Source: Pyrodictium abyssi (GTDB lineage: Archaea; Thermoproteota; Thermoprotei_A; Sulfolobales; Pyrodictiaceae). From it: a stretch of 32,000 bases of DNA. Location: the NCBI RefSeq assembly GCF_036323395.1, contig NZ_AP028907.1:1050001-1082000 (forward strand). The letters are read 5' to 3'. The notes under the pieces were generated by a model that made no database searches, was not told the origin of the DNA, and was given only the letters and a program-made list of their open reading frames with translations. The position numbers and the translations under genes were made by a program. This document shows, piece after piece, positions 7,188 to 16,115 of this stretch; position 1 is the stretch's first letter; every line of letters begins with the position of its first letter.

Positions 7188-8144
7188 TCACGCCCTCCTC
7201 TTGAGTGATAGCGACTCGAGCCTTATCACGCCCTCAGGCCGGTACATGAGCACGACTATGAGGGCCACGAGGGCTATCACGGGCGCGTAGGCCGTGCTGA
7301 GCCCGAGGTAGGTGTTCGCGAGGAAGCTCACAACCTGCTCAGCGAGGCCCAGGAGCACGCCGGAGACTATGGAGCCGTAGAAAGTGAAGCCGCCCATAGT
7401 CGCGGCGGCGAATATCCAGAGCAGCATCAGCCAGCCCGACTCCGGGTTCACGTAGTAGTAGTACGCGTAGACGAAGCCAGCGAAGCCCGCTAGGCCGCCG
7501 CCTATAAGCCAGGTTATCCGCCGGATAGCGTAGATGTTGATACCCGTCACCCGGGCGAGCACCGGGTTGCTAGCAGTAGCCCTCATCGCCTTACCCGTCC
7601 GGGTCCTGGTGAACAACCAGTGGAGCGCAGCAGCGAACACCACAGCGGCGCCTATGGCTAGCAGGTGGCTGGTCTCAACCGAGACTATACCGCCTATGCT
7701 CAGTATCGTGGCGCTCCGCACCGGGAGCGCTGCCTCGAGCAGCCCAGCAGCAGAGGCAGCTACGGCTAGCAGCGAGTACCGGAGCACAAGGCCGACACCT
7801 ATGCTGGCGACCAGTAGGTGTAGCGGCGTAGCGCCCCTCTTCCATAGAGGCTTGAAGGCTAGCTCGTCGCTCGTAAGCGCCGCCGCGGCGCCGACGACTA
7901 CTGCGATGAGCAGCGCGGCGGCTAGCCCGGCTCCCCCAACGCCAGCGGCCACGGCCGCTAGGTAGGCGGCGTAGGCGCCGTAGGTTATGTACTCGGCGTA
8001 GGCGAAGTTGGGCACCTTTGTCACGCGGAATATAAGCGTGAGCCCGAGAGCCATTAGGCCGTAGAGGCTGCCCACACGCAGCCCGTTAACCACCGCGCCG
8101 AGCACTCCGTAGAGGATAGCAGACTCGACCATCCCGGGACACAC
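7188..8144 (-). CDS. livH: Branched-chain amino-acid ABC transporter permease (LivH family)
   Basis: Contains LYGLMALGLTLIFRVTKVPNFAYAEYITYGAY. The likely true start is ATG 8132 (MVESAILYG), which has GGAGGTG 9 nt upstream. The track start at 8144 is a GTG. Confidence 0.9.
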   Translation of the reverse strand: MCPGMVESAILYGVLGAVVNGLRVGSLYGLMALGLTLIFRVTKVPNFAYAEYITYGAYAAYLAAVAAGVGGAGLAAALLIAVVVGAAAALTSDELAFKPLWKRGATPLHLLVASIGVGLVLRYSLLAVAASAAGLLEAALPVRSATILSIGGIVSVETSHLLAIGAAVVFAAALHWLFTRTRTGKAMRATASNPVLARVTGINIYAIRRITWLIGGGLAGFAGFVYAYYYYVNPESGWLMLLWIFAAATMGGFTFYGSIVSGVLLGLAEQVVSFLANTYLGLSTAYAPVIALVALIVVLMYRPEGVIRLESLSLKRRA

Positions 8145-8177
8145 CTCCCCTCCTCTTCTCCTCCCCTGGTCACCGGT

Positions 8178-8948
8178 CTAGCCGTGGTGTATGCCGAGGA
8201 AGAGCTCCTGGAGGTCACGGCGGGAAAGAATCTCCTGGCCAGAGCCCTCAGCAGCGACACGGCCAGCTACGAGCACGTAGCCGCGGTCAGCAAGCTCCAG
8301 GGCTCGGCGCGCGTGCTGCTCCACTATGAGTATCGAGACCCCGGCCTCCTCGCGTATCTGTTTAAGCGAGTCGAGAAGCTCTATAGCAATCTTCGGCGCG
8401 AGACCCGCAGTAGGCTCGTCGAGTAGCAGCAGCCTCGGCCGGGCCATGAGCGCGCGGCCGACAGCCAGCATCTGGCGCTGGCCACCGCTAAGCGCGCCCG
8501 CCAGGGTCTTGCGGAACTCTCTGAGCACCGGGAAGATGTTGAACACCATCTCCATCGCCTCCCTTATCTTGTTCTCGTCCCTCTCCAGGTAGGCGCCCAT
8601 CTCCAGGTTCTCCTCCACGGTGAGGTCGGGGAACACGTTGTCGGTCTGAGGCACGTAGCCCATGCCTAGCCTCGTCTTAGCCTCCGGCGGCAGCCAGGTC
8701 ACGTCACGGCCCTCAAAGACCACCTTGCCGCCGAACACCTTGGCGACGCCGTATATGGTCTTCAGCAGCGTGCTCTTACCGCTACCGTTAGGCCCGACGA
8801 GCGCCACTATCTCGCCGCGGTCGATGTAAATGCTAACACCCTGTATGATGACCATCTTGCCGTAGCCGCCTACCAGGTCCTCCGTGGACAGTATGGTCGT
8901 GCCCGGCATGCCGCGATACACCCCGCCTAGCCCTCTATGCGGAGCCAA
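8178..8948 (-). CDS. livF: Branched-chain amino-acid ABC transporter ATP-binding protein (LivF family)
   Basis: Walker A GPNGSGKST, signature LSGGQRQMLAVGRAL and Walker B LLLLDEP. An alternative start at ATG 8909 (MPGTTILS) would remove the 14-nt overlap with livG. Confidence 0.9.
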   Translation of the reverse strand: MAPHRGLGGVYRGMPGTTILSTEDLVGGYGKMVIIQGVSIYIDRGEIVALVGPNGSGKSTLLKTIYGVAKVFGGKVVFEGRDVTWLPPEAKTRLGMGYVPQTDNVFPDLTVEENLEMGAYLERDENKIREAMEMVFNIFPVLREFRKTLAGALSGGQRQMLAVGRALMARPRLLLLDEPTAGLAPKIAIELLDSLKQIREEAGVSILIVEQHARRALELADRGYVLVAGRVAAEGSGQEILSRRDLQELFLGIHHG

Positions 8949-9705
8949 GGTAGGCGTCCAACACGCGCGGGTCCTCAGCCACCTTCTCCGGGGGCCCCTC
9001 GACGAGCACCCGGCCCTCGTGCATCACTATGACGCGCTCAACGTGGTTGAATAGCACCTCAAGCCGGTGCTCTATAACGAATATGGTCAGGCCTTCGCTA
9101 TTCAGCTTCTCCAAGAGCTTGAAAATGTCCTGCGCCAGCTTAGGCGCGACGCCAGCGGTGGGCTCGTCGAGGAGAAGGATACGAGCCTCCCCCATCAGAG
9201 CACGGGAGATATCCGTGAGCTTCATCTGGCCACCACTAATCTCCGAGGCACGGTTCAGCGCGACCCGCGTCAACGAGAGCTTCTCAAGCACACCATGCAC
9301 CCGGTCCACAAGGCTCTCCCGCTCCCAGCGGAGCCACTCCCCCCTCCGCAGAAGCGCGGAGAACGGGCCATCGCCCTGCCGGTCGCGGGCAGCAGTAGCA
9401 GCGTTCTCCACCACGGTCATCCCATGCCAGAGCCGGGGCACCTGGAAGCCGCGGACAAGCCCCCGGCGGTAGAGCTCGTACGGCGGTAGCCCGGTAACCT
9501 TCTCGCCGTAGAGGTAGACGTCGCCCCGGTCGGGGTGATAGATACCGGATATCACGTTGAACAGTGTACTCTTACCGCTACCATTAGGGCCTATCAGGCC
9601 GACAAACTCGCCCTCGCGGATAGATATGGAGACACCGTCGAGCGCACGTACACCGCCGAAGTACTTGTAGAGGTCAACCGTCTTGAGCACCTCAACACCC
9701 GCCAA
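8935..9705 (-). CDS. livG: Branched-chain amino-acid ABC transporter ATP-binding protein (LivG family)
   Basis: TTG start with GGAGGG 7 nt upstream. Walker A GPNGSGKST, signature ISGGQMKL and Walker B ILLLDEP. Confidence 0.9.
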   Translation of the reverse strand: MAGVEVLKTVDLYKYFGGVRALDGVSISIREGEFVGLIGPNGSGKSTLFNVISGIYHPDRGDVYLYGEKVTGLPPYELYRRGLVRGFQVPRLWHGMTVVENAATAARDRQGDGPFSALLRRGEWLRWERESLVDRVHGVLEKLSLTRVALNRASEISGGQMKLTDISRALMGEARILLLDEPTAGVAPKLAQDIFKLLEKLNSEGLTIFVIEHRLEVLFNHVERVIVMHEGRVLVEGPPEKVAEDPRVLDAYLGSA

Positions 9706-10075
9706 TACGCATCCCTCCTACAAGGATCTTCCTGGAGAGCTACCGGCTGGGCAGCTCTATGGACGCGGATAGCCCCCAGGGCGGGAAGCCCCGGAGGCTA
9801 ACGGGCCATGGATAGTCCCAGCAATGCTACACGGTGCTGGGAGACTATACTACCTCGGGCGAGCCAGCGTGCCCTAAATTAGCCAGATTCATGCCTCGGT
9901 GCCTAAGCCCTAATAAAGGCTCCTCAGTGGAAGCCGGCCGAGTCAATCTAGATACAGCTCGGTAAAATCATTCACAGGCTCCGTTGGCCCCAGGGTACGC
10001 GTGATGCAGCCCTAGAAGAGGGCGTGTATCGCGCAACATGGTGTAGCGGAAAGGCTGGAGAAGCCGGATGGAGCT

Positions 10076-10108
10076 AAAAACTACCATAGGGCTTCTCGGG
10101 GCTAAAAA
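10076..10108 (-). terminator. Two oligo-T tracts (T5, T5) just downstream of livJ
   Basis: On the minus strand, TTTTT occurs at 10108..10104 and again at 10080..10076, 20-50 nt after the livJ TAA (10130..10128). Oligo-T runs are the usual archaeal termination signal. Confidence 0.4.
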
Positions 10109-10127
10109 GGGAGGTTGGGGCTGCGCC

Positions 10128-11507
10128 TTACTTGTACCACTCTATCTGGCCGGTAGCTGCGTGCCAGATGCCTACCTCCTTGAACTGGCCGTCCTTCACA
10201 GTTACTAGCGCGTAGTCGGCGAACGCGGCGTCACCGTTCTCGTTCAGCATCTTGTGGCCGGTAGCGCCCATGAAGTGGAAGGCCACTGTGGGCAGCACGG
10301 CCTTGATAGCCTGGCCGTCGTACTTGCCGGCGGCTAGTACGCTTAGCATCGCTATCCAGGCGGCGTCATAGGCGTAGTAGGCGTAGGTTGTCGGGTCCTC
10401 GCCGTACTTAGCCTTATAGGCCTCCTCGAAGTGCGCTGTCACAGGGTTCCTGGCTATAGCGGGCTTGGTTACTAGGAGGTTGACCTTCTCCAGGAACTTG
10501 GCTATCTCCGGCTTCTCTAGGAACGTCTTACGGGCCATGCTGTCGGGGCCGAACCAGCGCACCTTGCCTAGCACGTCTATCTTGGACGCCTGCTCTAGTA
10601 TCTTGGTGCCGTCGTCGTCAAAGGCTATTATGAGCACGGCGGTCTTGTCGTCGGCGCCCATCTGCTGTACCTTGACGGCTAGCTGGTTGACCTCGTTGGT
10701 TAGGTCAGGCTTGTCGGGCTGGTAGAGTATCTTCTCCACCTTGCCGCCTAGCTGCTTGAAGGTCTCCTCTACTAGCTTGGCTAGGCCGCTGCCGTAGTCG
10801 TCGTTACGGGCTATTATCACTAGCTTGGTGAAGCCTAGGCTGTGTATTATCTTGGCTAGCGCTGGGCCCTGGACAGTGTCCGGAGGCGCCATCCTGAAGA
10901 CGTAGTCATCCGGGAAGGCGGCGGCAGCACCAGTGCTGCTCGGGCTTATGATGACTATGTGCTGCTCGTTGGCTATGGGCATCACGGCGCGGGTCTCGCT
11001 GGTGGATAGCGGGCCTACCACCACCTGTATACCCTGGCTAGCAAACCTCTTGATCACGTTGACGGCCTCCTGGGGGTCGGTCTTGGTGTCCTCGTGTATC
11101 GGCTTGAACCTGAACGGCGCGCCCGCCCTCTCTAGTAGCTGGTTCATCTCCTCTATGGCTAGTAGCGCGCCCTTGAGGCGGCGCGGACCGTCCACAGCAT
11201 AGCCGCCGCTCACGGCTATGGCGAGGCCTATTGGTATCTCCTTGGGGAGGCCCTCAGCGGTGCCGGTGGCCTGCATGGTCTGCGTAACGGTGGGCGTCGC
11301 GGCCGGTGTAGCGGTGGCTGGCGGCGATACGGTGGCTACCGGCGAGGTAGCCGGGGCGCTTGTAGGCGAGACTGTTGTAGGCGCTGGTGCGGCCTGCTCA
11401 CCGGTCATTGCTAGGTAGCCTATGGCTGCTACAGCGATTAGGGCTATGGCTACACCTATTATACGTGGGTCCATCTTCGCCATGACTCTATCTCCCTCCC
11501 TTCGCAC
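10128..11507 (-). CDS. livJ: Branched-chain amino-acid ABC transporter substrate-binding protein (LivJ/K family), membrane-anchored with Thr/Pro/Ala-rich stalk
   Basis: It has an N-terminal TM helix (IIGVAIALIAVAAIGYLAM), then the linker APAPTTVSPTSAPATSPVATVSPPATATPAATPTVTQT, then a type-I periplasmic-binding fold pattern (IPIGLAIAVSGGYA...VVGPLSTSE...). An alternative start lies at ATG 11483. Confidence 0.85.
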   Translation of the reverse strand: MRREGDRVMAKMDPRIIGVAIALIAVAAIGYLAMTGEQAAPAPTTVSPTSAPATSPVATVSPPATATPAATPTVTQTMQATGTAEGLPKEIPIGLAIAVSGGYAVDGPRRLKGALLAIEEMNQLLERAGAPFRFKPIHEDTKTDPQEAVNVIKRFASQGIQVVVGPLSTSETRAVMPIANEQHIVIISPSSTGAAAAFPDDYVFRMAPPDTVQGPALAKIIHSLGFTKLVIIARNDDYGSGLAKLVEETFKQLGGKVEKILYQPDKPDLTNEVNQLAVKVQQMGADDKTAVLIIAFDDDGTKILEQASKIDVLGKVRWFGPDSMARKTFLEKPEIAKFLEKVNLLVTKPAIARNPVTAHFEEAYKAKYGEDPTTYAYYAYDAAWIAMLSVLAAGKYDGQAIKAVLPTVAFHFMGATGHKMLNENGDAAFADYALVTVKDGQFKEVGIWHAATGQIEWYK

Positions 11508-11682
11508 ACCTTGTTACCTAACATGCGTGTAGAGGGCCCAGCCCCTGCCCAACACAGCCCAAAGGGCTAGGACCACAGAGGGTCATGGGGTTGCAGCGAA
11601 CCCCGCCGGGCAGGGAGTAGGTAGCTGTAGAGGGGCGGGCCCTCTCTAGGACTGCGCCGGGCCACACAACCCTACCAATAGG

Positions 11683-11689
11683 TATAAAA
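11683..11689. promoter_or_regulatory. TATA-like element (TATAAAA / TTTTATA) in an AT-rich island
   Basis: GGTATAAAAGCTTTTTGACA is the strongest TATA-like sequence between htpX and livJ. It lies about 175 nt upstream of the livJ start, so orientation and target are uncertain. Confidence 0.3.
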
Positions 11690-11834
11690 GCTTTTTGACA
11701 AGTTGAATAATGCTGATAACACCTCTACTAAACACTACCACAGCTTATCTGTTATCACAGCTACATAACGCGTAGTGGCGCTGAAGAATATGACGACGCG
11801 TACATGGGCGGCCGGGAGCTGGCAGCGTGTGGGT

Positions 11835-11880
11835 AAAAACACCACGGGCCAGCGGCGCGGGCCTCTACGGGCCCGGTGGA
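11835..11880 (-). terminator. Imperfect GC hairpin followed by T5, downstream of htpX
   Basis: The minus strand reads CCACCGGGCC-(19 nt)-GGCCCGTGG then TGTTTTTA (T5 at 11839..11835). It begins about 10 nt after the htpX stop. Confidence 0.4.
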
Positions 11881-11890
11881 GGAGCCCCGG

Positions 11891-13000
11891 CTAGAGCCTG
11901 GAGTGCAGCTGGGCCTCGACCGTGTCTAGGAACCGTAGCCTCTTGGGTATCGGCGGGTGGTCGCTCAGCACCTCCTGGACCGGGTCCACCTCAGCCCGCT
12001 TCAGCTGCTCGACTATCGCGTCTATGCTGCCGCTGCCCCGGTAGCCCCAGCCGCCGCTGTAGAACGGGCTCGCAGCAGCCTCCACGAGCGCGTATATGAA
12101 GAGCGCCTTGATGCTGCTCCTCTCCACTAGCTCGCGGGCCCCGGTGCCCTGGTAGTAGATGTGTATCCTCGCCAGAGCCCTCTGCATAGCCCTGGCCCCG
12201 GCTACCTGGGCGCCGTGGGCGTCGGCGTAGTACTCGCGTAGCCTGCTGAAAGCCAGCACAGCCACCTGCATGATGAAGCTCAGCACTATGCCTAGCAGGC
12301 CTAGCGCTGCCAGGTATACGCCACCGCCGCCCTCACGGTCGCGGCGCTCGCTAGCGCCGCTCCAGAGCCCTATGCGGAGTAGCCAGACGCCGAGGTAGTA
12401 GAGTATGCTGGGCACTAGCCCCAGCAGCATGATGATGACCACGTCGCGGTGCCTGTGGTGCCCGAGCTCGTGCCCCACTACGGCGAGCAGCTCGTCGCGG
12501 GGCAGCATCTCGTAGAGGCTCCTCGTCACGGCCACGTAGCGGCCCGCCAGGAAGTTGCCGTACGCGAACGCGTTCGGCGGCCCCTCGACTAGGACAGCCT
12601 TCGGGGGCTTAACGCCAGCCCTCGCGGCGGCCTCGTTGACTATCTCCTGGAGCTCTGGGCTAGGCCGGGCGCCGTAAGCCATGTTTATCATGAAGGGGGC
12701 GAAGAGGTAGCTCAGCAGGTTAGCGACGACTATGAACGCTACCATGGCGCCTATGGGTAGCTGGTAGCCGGCACTAGCGGCGGCGGAGTAGAGCCCGTAG
12801 ATGGCGAGGATACCGCCCCCGACTATGAGGCCGGCTGTCAGCAGCATAGCCGTGTAGAGGCTCATCCTGCCCGAGAGCGTGGCCGCTACGCGCGGCGCTA
12901 CCTTGGCGGCTAGCAGCTGGAGCACCAGGAAGCCCAGAGCATAGGCTATGGTCAGGGCGAGAAGCGTAACCGGGTCGTAGAACCACATAAGCCCTATCAT
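11891..13000 (-). CDS. htpX: M48-family Zn metalloprotease, HtpX-like, membrane-bound
   Basis: HEXXH motif as VVGHELGHHRHRD, flanked by multiple TM helices. ATG start with GGAGAGGTG upstream. Confidence 0.8.
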   Translation of the reverse strand: MIGLMWFYDPVTLLALTIAYALGFLVLQLLAAKVAPRVAATLSGRMSLYTAMLLTAGLIVGGGILAIYGLYSAAASAGYQLPIGAMVAFIVVANLLSYLFAPFMINMAYGARPSPELQEIVNEAAARAGVKPPKAVLVEGPPNAFAYGNFLAGRYVAVTRSLYEMLPRDELLAVVGHELGHHRHRDVVIIMLLGLVPSILYYLGVWLLRIGLWSGASERRDREGGGGVYLAALGLLGIVLSFIMQVAVLAFSRLREYYADAHGAQVAGARAMQRALARIHIYYQGTGARELVERSSIKALFIYALVEAAASPFYSGGWGYRGSGSIDAIVEQLKRAEVDPVQEVLSDHPPIPKRLRFLDTVEAQLHSRL

Positions 13001-13102
13001 GGCGCTCTACACCTCTCCACTAGGGCTGGGCTCACGTCTCCACCAGTTCCGTGGCCTCGTCTACCCCTAGCTACTTGGCTCTACGTCTACCCGGACAGCC
13101 CC

Positions 13103-14314
13103 TTATAGCCTCACCTCGTGCCGGGAGCTGGAGGCCCTCACAGTCCTACCAGCGACGGCTAGCGCCAGCCCCCCGGCGGCCACGGCGGCGAGAGCGGCGG
13201 CTCCGTACGCGGAGCTGTAGCCAGCGCTGCCAGCCACCTCGGATAGCGCGAAGAGCCCCAGAGTGCCGCCCAGGTCGAAGCCCAGCGTGTAGAGGCTCGC
13301 AGCCCGGTTACCCGCGCCACGGGGCACCGACATGCTCGCCAGCATCTGCTCGCCTGGTATCGACGTGCCGGAGCCGAGCCCGTAGAGCAGAGCAGCAGCG
13401 TAGACGAGCGGCAGCACCGGGTACTCGGCGAGCAGTGTGAAGCCGAGAGCCTCCAGGGAGAAGCCTAGCGCGAGCATACGGCGGGGCCCTAGGCGGGCGT
13501 AGACGTGGCTAGAGAGCCCCCGGGCTATGAGGCCCGATGCTGCGGCGATGCTCTGGAACGCCCCCGATACCGAGGCGCCGTAGCCCAGGTCGCGGAGCTG
13601 CATCTGGGAGAGAGACTGCACCGCGAAGAACGCCATACCGTCGACCAGAGCCAGGGCTATAGACACAGCAACGCCGAGCGTCAAGACGCCACGCAGGCCT
13701 ACGCCCCTCGCCCCAGCCCTCTGCACTGGCGCGCCCGGGATGCGGGCAGCGGCTAGAGCAGCGGCCAGCCCCGTGGCAGCGGTGAAGGCGAACACCGCGT
13801 GGTAGCCAGCGAGGTCCGCTACGACCCCAGCTACCAGGGGGCCCAGTATTAGGGCGGCGGAGACCGCTACAGCCCGCATCGAGATAGCCCTGGCCACCAT
13901 GCGGCCTCCGAGCGCGGCCGCAGCCGCTATAGACGGGGCCACGAAGAACGCTAAGGCAAGCCCCTGAAGCACACGCACAACAGTCACAGCGGCGACACTG
14001 GTAGCGTATAGCGCCGAGACCCCGGCAGCGGCGGCAGCAAGGGAGCCCGCCACAAGGAAGCCACGCGCCCCTACGCGGTCAGCCGCTATGCCCACGGGGA
14101 GCCGGAGGAGCGCAGCAACCAGCGGGGTGACCGCGTAGACCTGGCCCGAGGCCGCTACATCGGTCCCCAGGTCCCTCATATACCTGGATATGACCGAGCT
14201 AGTAGCAGACATGGAGATGAAGAACAGCAGCGTGGAGGCTAGTAGTGCGTAGAGCCCGGCCACCCCTATACAGCCCGGGACAACCACTCCACAGACCAGT
14301 GAACAATTAAGCAT
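13103..14314 (-). CDS. MFS-type transporter
   Basis: 403-aa protein that is Ala/Gly/Leu-rich, with about 12 predicted TM helices. It has an MFS loop-like motif, GIAADRVGARG. Substrate is unknown and the start may lie further in (GTG). Confidence 0.75.
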   Translation of the reverse strand: MLNCSLVCGVVVPGCIGVAGLYALLASTLLFFISMSATSSVISRYMRDLGTDVAASGQVYAVTPLVAALLRLPVGIAADRVGARGFLVAGSLAAAAAGVSALYATSVAAVTVVRVLQGLALAFFVAPSIAAAAALGGRMVARAISMRAVAVSAALILGPLVAGVVADLAGYHAVFAFTAATGLAAALAAARIPGAPVQRAGARGVGLRGVLTLGVAVSIALALVDGMAFFAVQSLSQMQLRDLGYGASVSGAFQSIAAASGLIARGLSSHVYARLGPRRMLALGFSLEALGFTLLAEYPVLPLVYAAALLYGLGSGTSIPGEQMLASMSVPRGAGNRAASLYTLGFDLGGTLGLFALSEVAGSAGYSSAYGAAALAAVAAGGLALAVAGRTVRASSSRHEVRL

Positions 14315-14489
14315 ACTGTAGAAGGTGGTCTAGCCGGGGGAAACCTGTACAATCCATGATTTAGAAACTGCTCCATGCAGTAAATAGGGAGGCACAACGC
14401 CAGGTACAGGGCAGCGGGGCTAAGCAGAGACGTAAAACCGGGGTAGAAAACACCGGGGCTCTGCACCGTCAAAGAGTGTGCACTACCCT

Positions 14490-15374
14490 CTAGGAGCTAT
14501 ACCTGGCCACGGCCTCGGCCTCCCTGAGCGCACGCCGCTCAAGTCCACGCTTCTTGCCAAGAGTTATCGCTATGTGCATCGGCAGGTATAGGCTGAAGCC
14601 TATCAGCAGCATACCGAGGCCACTGGGGTCCGGCGATATTATGGCACCGAGTATCATCGAGCCAAGGAATATGTACTTCATCGCATCCTTCCCGAACATC
14701 TCCGGATCTACTATGCCGTACGCGAGGAGCATGTAGAGCATCACTGGTAGCTCGAAGAGCAGGCCAAAGGCCAGCGCAAGCTTCAGCACAAACCCCACTA
14801 TCGAGCTTATCCTCACAGCCATTATGAAGCCGTAGTCCGCCGGCACTAGCGGCGGGTAGAGCTTCAGCATCATAGTGACTATGAGTGGCGCAGCTATGTA
14901 TATGGCGAAGAACACGCCGAAGAGGAACGACAGGACGAACAACACTATAAACTTCTTGGCGAAGGCCTTCTCGTGCGGGTAAAGCGCGGGCTCAATATAG
15001 GCCCATATCTCCCTAGCAGCGATAGGGGCAGAGCCTATAGCACCTAGGAGTAGAACAGCCTGCATCATTATCTGTATCGACTCGAACTCCGTGGACGGCA
15101 GTATAGTTATGTTGTAGACGTGGCCGTCGAGAGCCTTAATCTGCTTCGGCACTGTATGCGCGAAGATAAGCGCCGGGAGCTTGGTTATGAGAGGTACGTA
15201 GAGCATTCCACCGCTTCCAGCGGGTATAAGCGATAGTATCACGGCAGCCATTATGAACGCTATCACTATCCTACGCAGCCTTATAATCAGCTCCTCTATG
15301 TGCTCCCATAGCGAGGCCTCCTTGTCGCTAGGCGGCGTAGCTGCAGCCATGGCCCCACCTAACCCCTTGAGCAC
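14490..15374 (-). CDS. tatC: Twin-arginine translocase subunit TatC
   Basis: SLWEHIEELIIRLRRIVIAFIMAAV is the typical TatC N-terminus, followed by 6 TM helices. An alternative start lies at ATG 15350. Confidence 0.85.
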   Translation of the reverse strand: MLKGLGGAMAAATPPSDKEASLWEHIEELIIRLRRIVIAFIMAAVILSLIPAGSGGMLYVPLITKLPALIFAHTVPKQIKALDGHVYNITILPSTEFESIQIMMQAVLLLGAIGSAPIAAREIWAYIEPALYPHEKAFAKKFIVLFVLSFLFGVFFAIYIAAPLIVTMMLKLYPPLVPADYGFIMAVRISSIVGFVLKLALAFGLLFELPVMLYMLLAYGIVDPEMFGKDAMKYIFLGSMILGAIISPDPSGLGMLLIGFSLYLPMHIAITLGKKRGLERRALREAEAVARYSS

Positions 15375-15613
15375 CGTTGCTCAGCAGTGTACACGGCCCC
15401 TCTATTACGTGGCCCGCCTGGAAGACCAGCCGCGCCTCCGGGCCCACCGGTGGGCCTCAGGGCAATCATGCGGCTCAGCCCAGGGCCCGCTGGACGGCGT
15501 ACAGTCACCGGTGCCTAGAGCAGGCTCCATGGATACCGTGTGGGAGGGCTGGAGAAGAGTGCGCAACAAAAGCCTCGCATAGCCAGGGGTCTACCTTGCC
15601 CTATCCCTCGCCC

Positions 15614-15976
15614 CTAGTTTGACTTGGCGGACTTGGATTGCTCGGCCTCGACCTTTATCTCGTCGAGAAGGCCCTTCTTCTTGGCCTCGTTTATTATCTC
15701 GACTATGAGGTCGTCGCGCTTCTTCTTCTCAGCGTCCTTTACGCCGAGCTTCTCAGCCAGCTTACGAAGGGTCTCCTCGTCCACGCCTTGTAGGCTCCTA
15801 GCGGTCTCGGACTGGGACTTGCTGAGGTCCTCTACGACGCCCTGGCTGGCGCGGCGGAACTCGTAGAGCGCCTGGCCGAGGCCCCTGGCGAGCTGCGGCA
15901 GCTTCGTCGGACCGAATATCAGAAGGACTATGAGGAGGATTATTACCCACTCCATGCCCTGAAACTGGGGGAGCAT
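15614..15976 (-). CDS. tatA: Twin-arginine translocase subunit TatA/E with long Lys/Glu-rich tail
   Basis: WVIILLIVLLIFGPTKLPQLARGLGQALYEFRRA is the TatA TM helix plus hinge (FGP) plus amphipathic helix. Confidence 0.85.
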   Translation of the reverse strand: MLPQFQGMEWVIILLIVLLIFGPTKLPQLARGLGQALYEFRRASQGVVEDLSKSQSETARSLQGVDEETLRKLAEKLGVKDAEKKKRDDLIVEIINEAKKKGLLDEIKVEAEQSKSAKSN

Positions 15977-16031
15977 GCTGAACCACTTCCCCTTTCTTGC
16001 GCCCGGAGAATCATGCTAGACGCTGCCCCAC

Positions 16032-16040
16032 TATATTAAC
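16032..16040. promoter_or_regulatory. TATA-like element (TATATTAA / TTAATATA) between divergent tatA and the V4R gene
   Basis: It lies about 57 nt upstream of the tatA ATG on the minus strand and about 80 nt upstream of the 16116 ATG on the plus strand. Confidence 0.3.
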
Positions 16041-16115
16041 CCTTTGCCCGAGGTCTATCAAGGCCTTACCACACTCTAGAGGCGGCTGGATGAGCGGCAT
16101 CTAGGCATCTCCTTC

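Noticed and set aside
9960-10060. Possible C/D-box sRNA (GTGATGC near 10001) in the livJ-livG spacer, and a similar look at 11780..11800 (CTGA...ATGACGA)
   Set aside because: There is no correctly spaced RUGAUGA / CUGA box pairs or terminal stem on either strand. The resemblance is limited to single degenerate boxes.
13051-13440. 129-aa plus-strand ORF antisense to the MFS transporter
   Set aside because: The translation is extremely Arg/Pro-rich, making it a shadow of the GC-rich membrane-protein gene.
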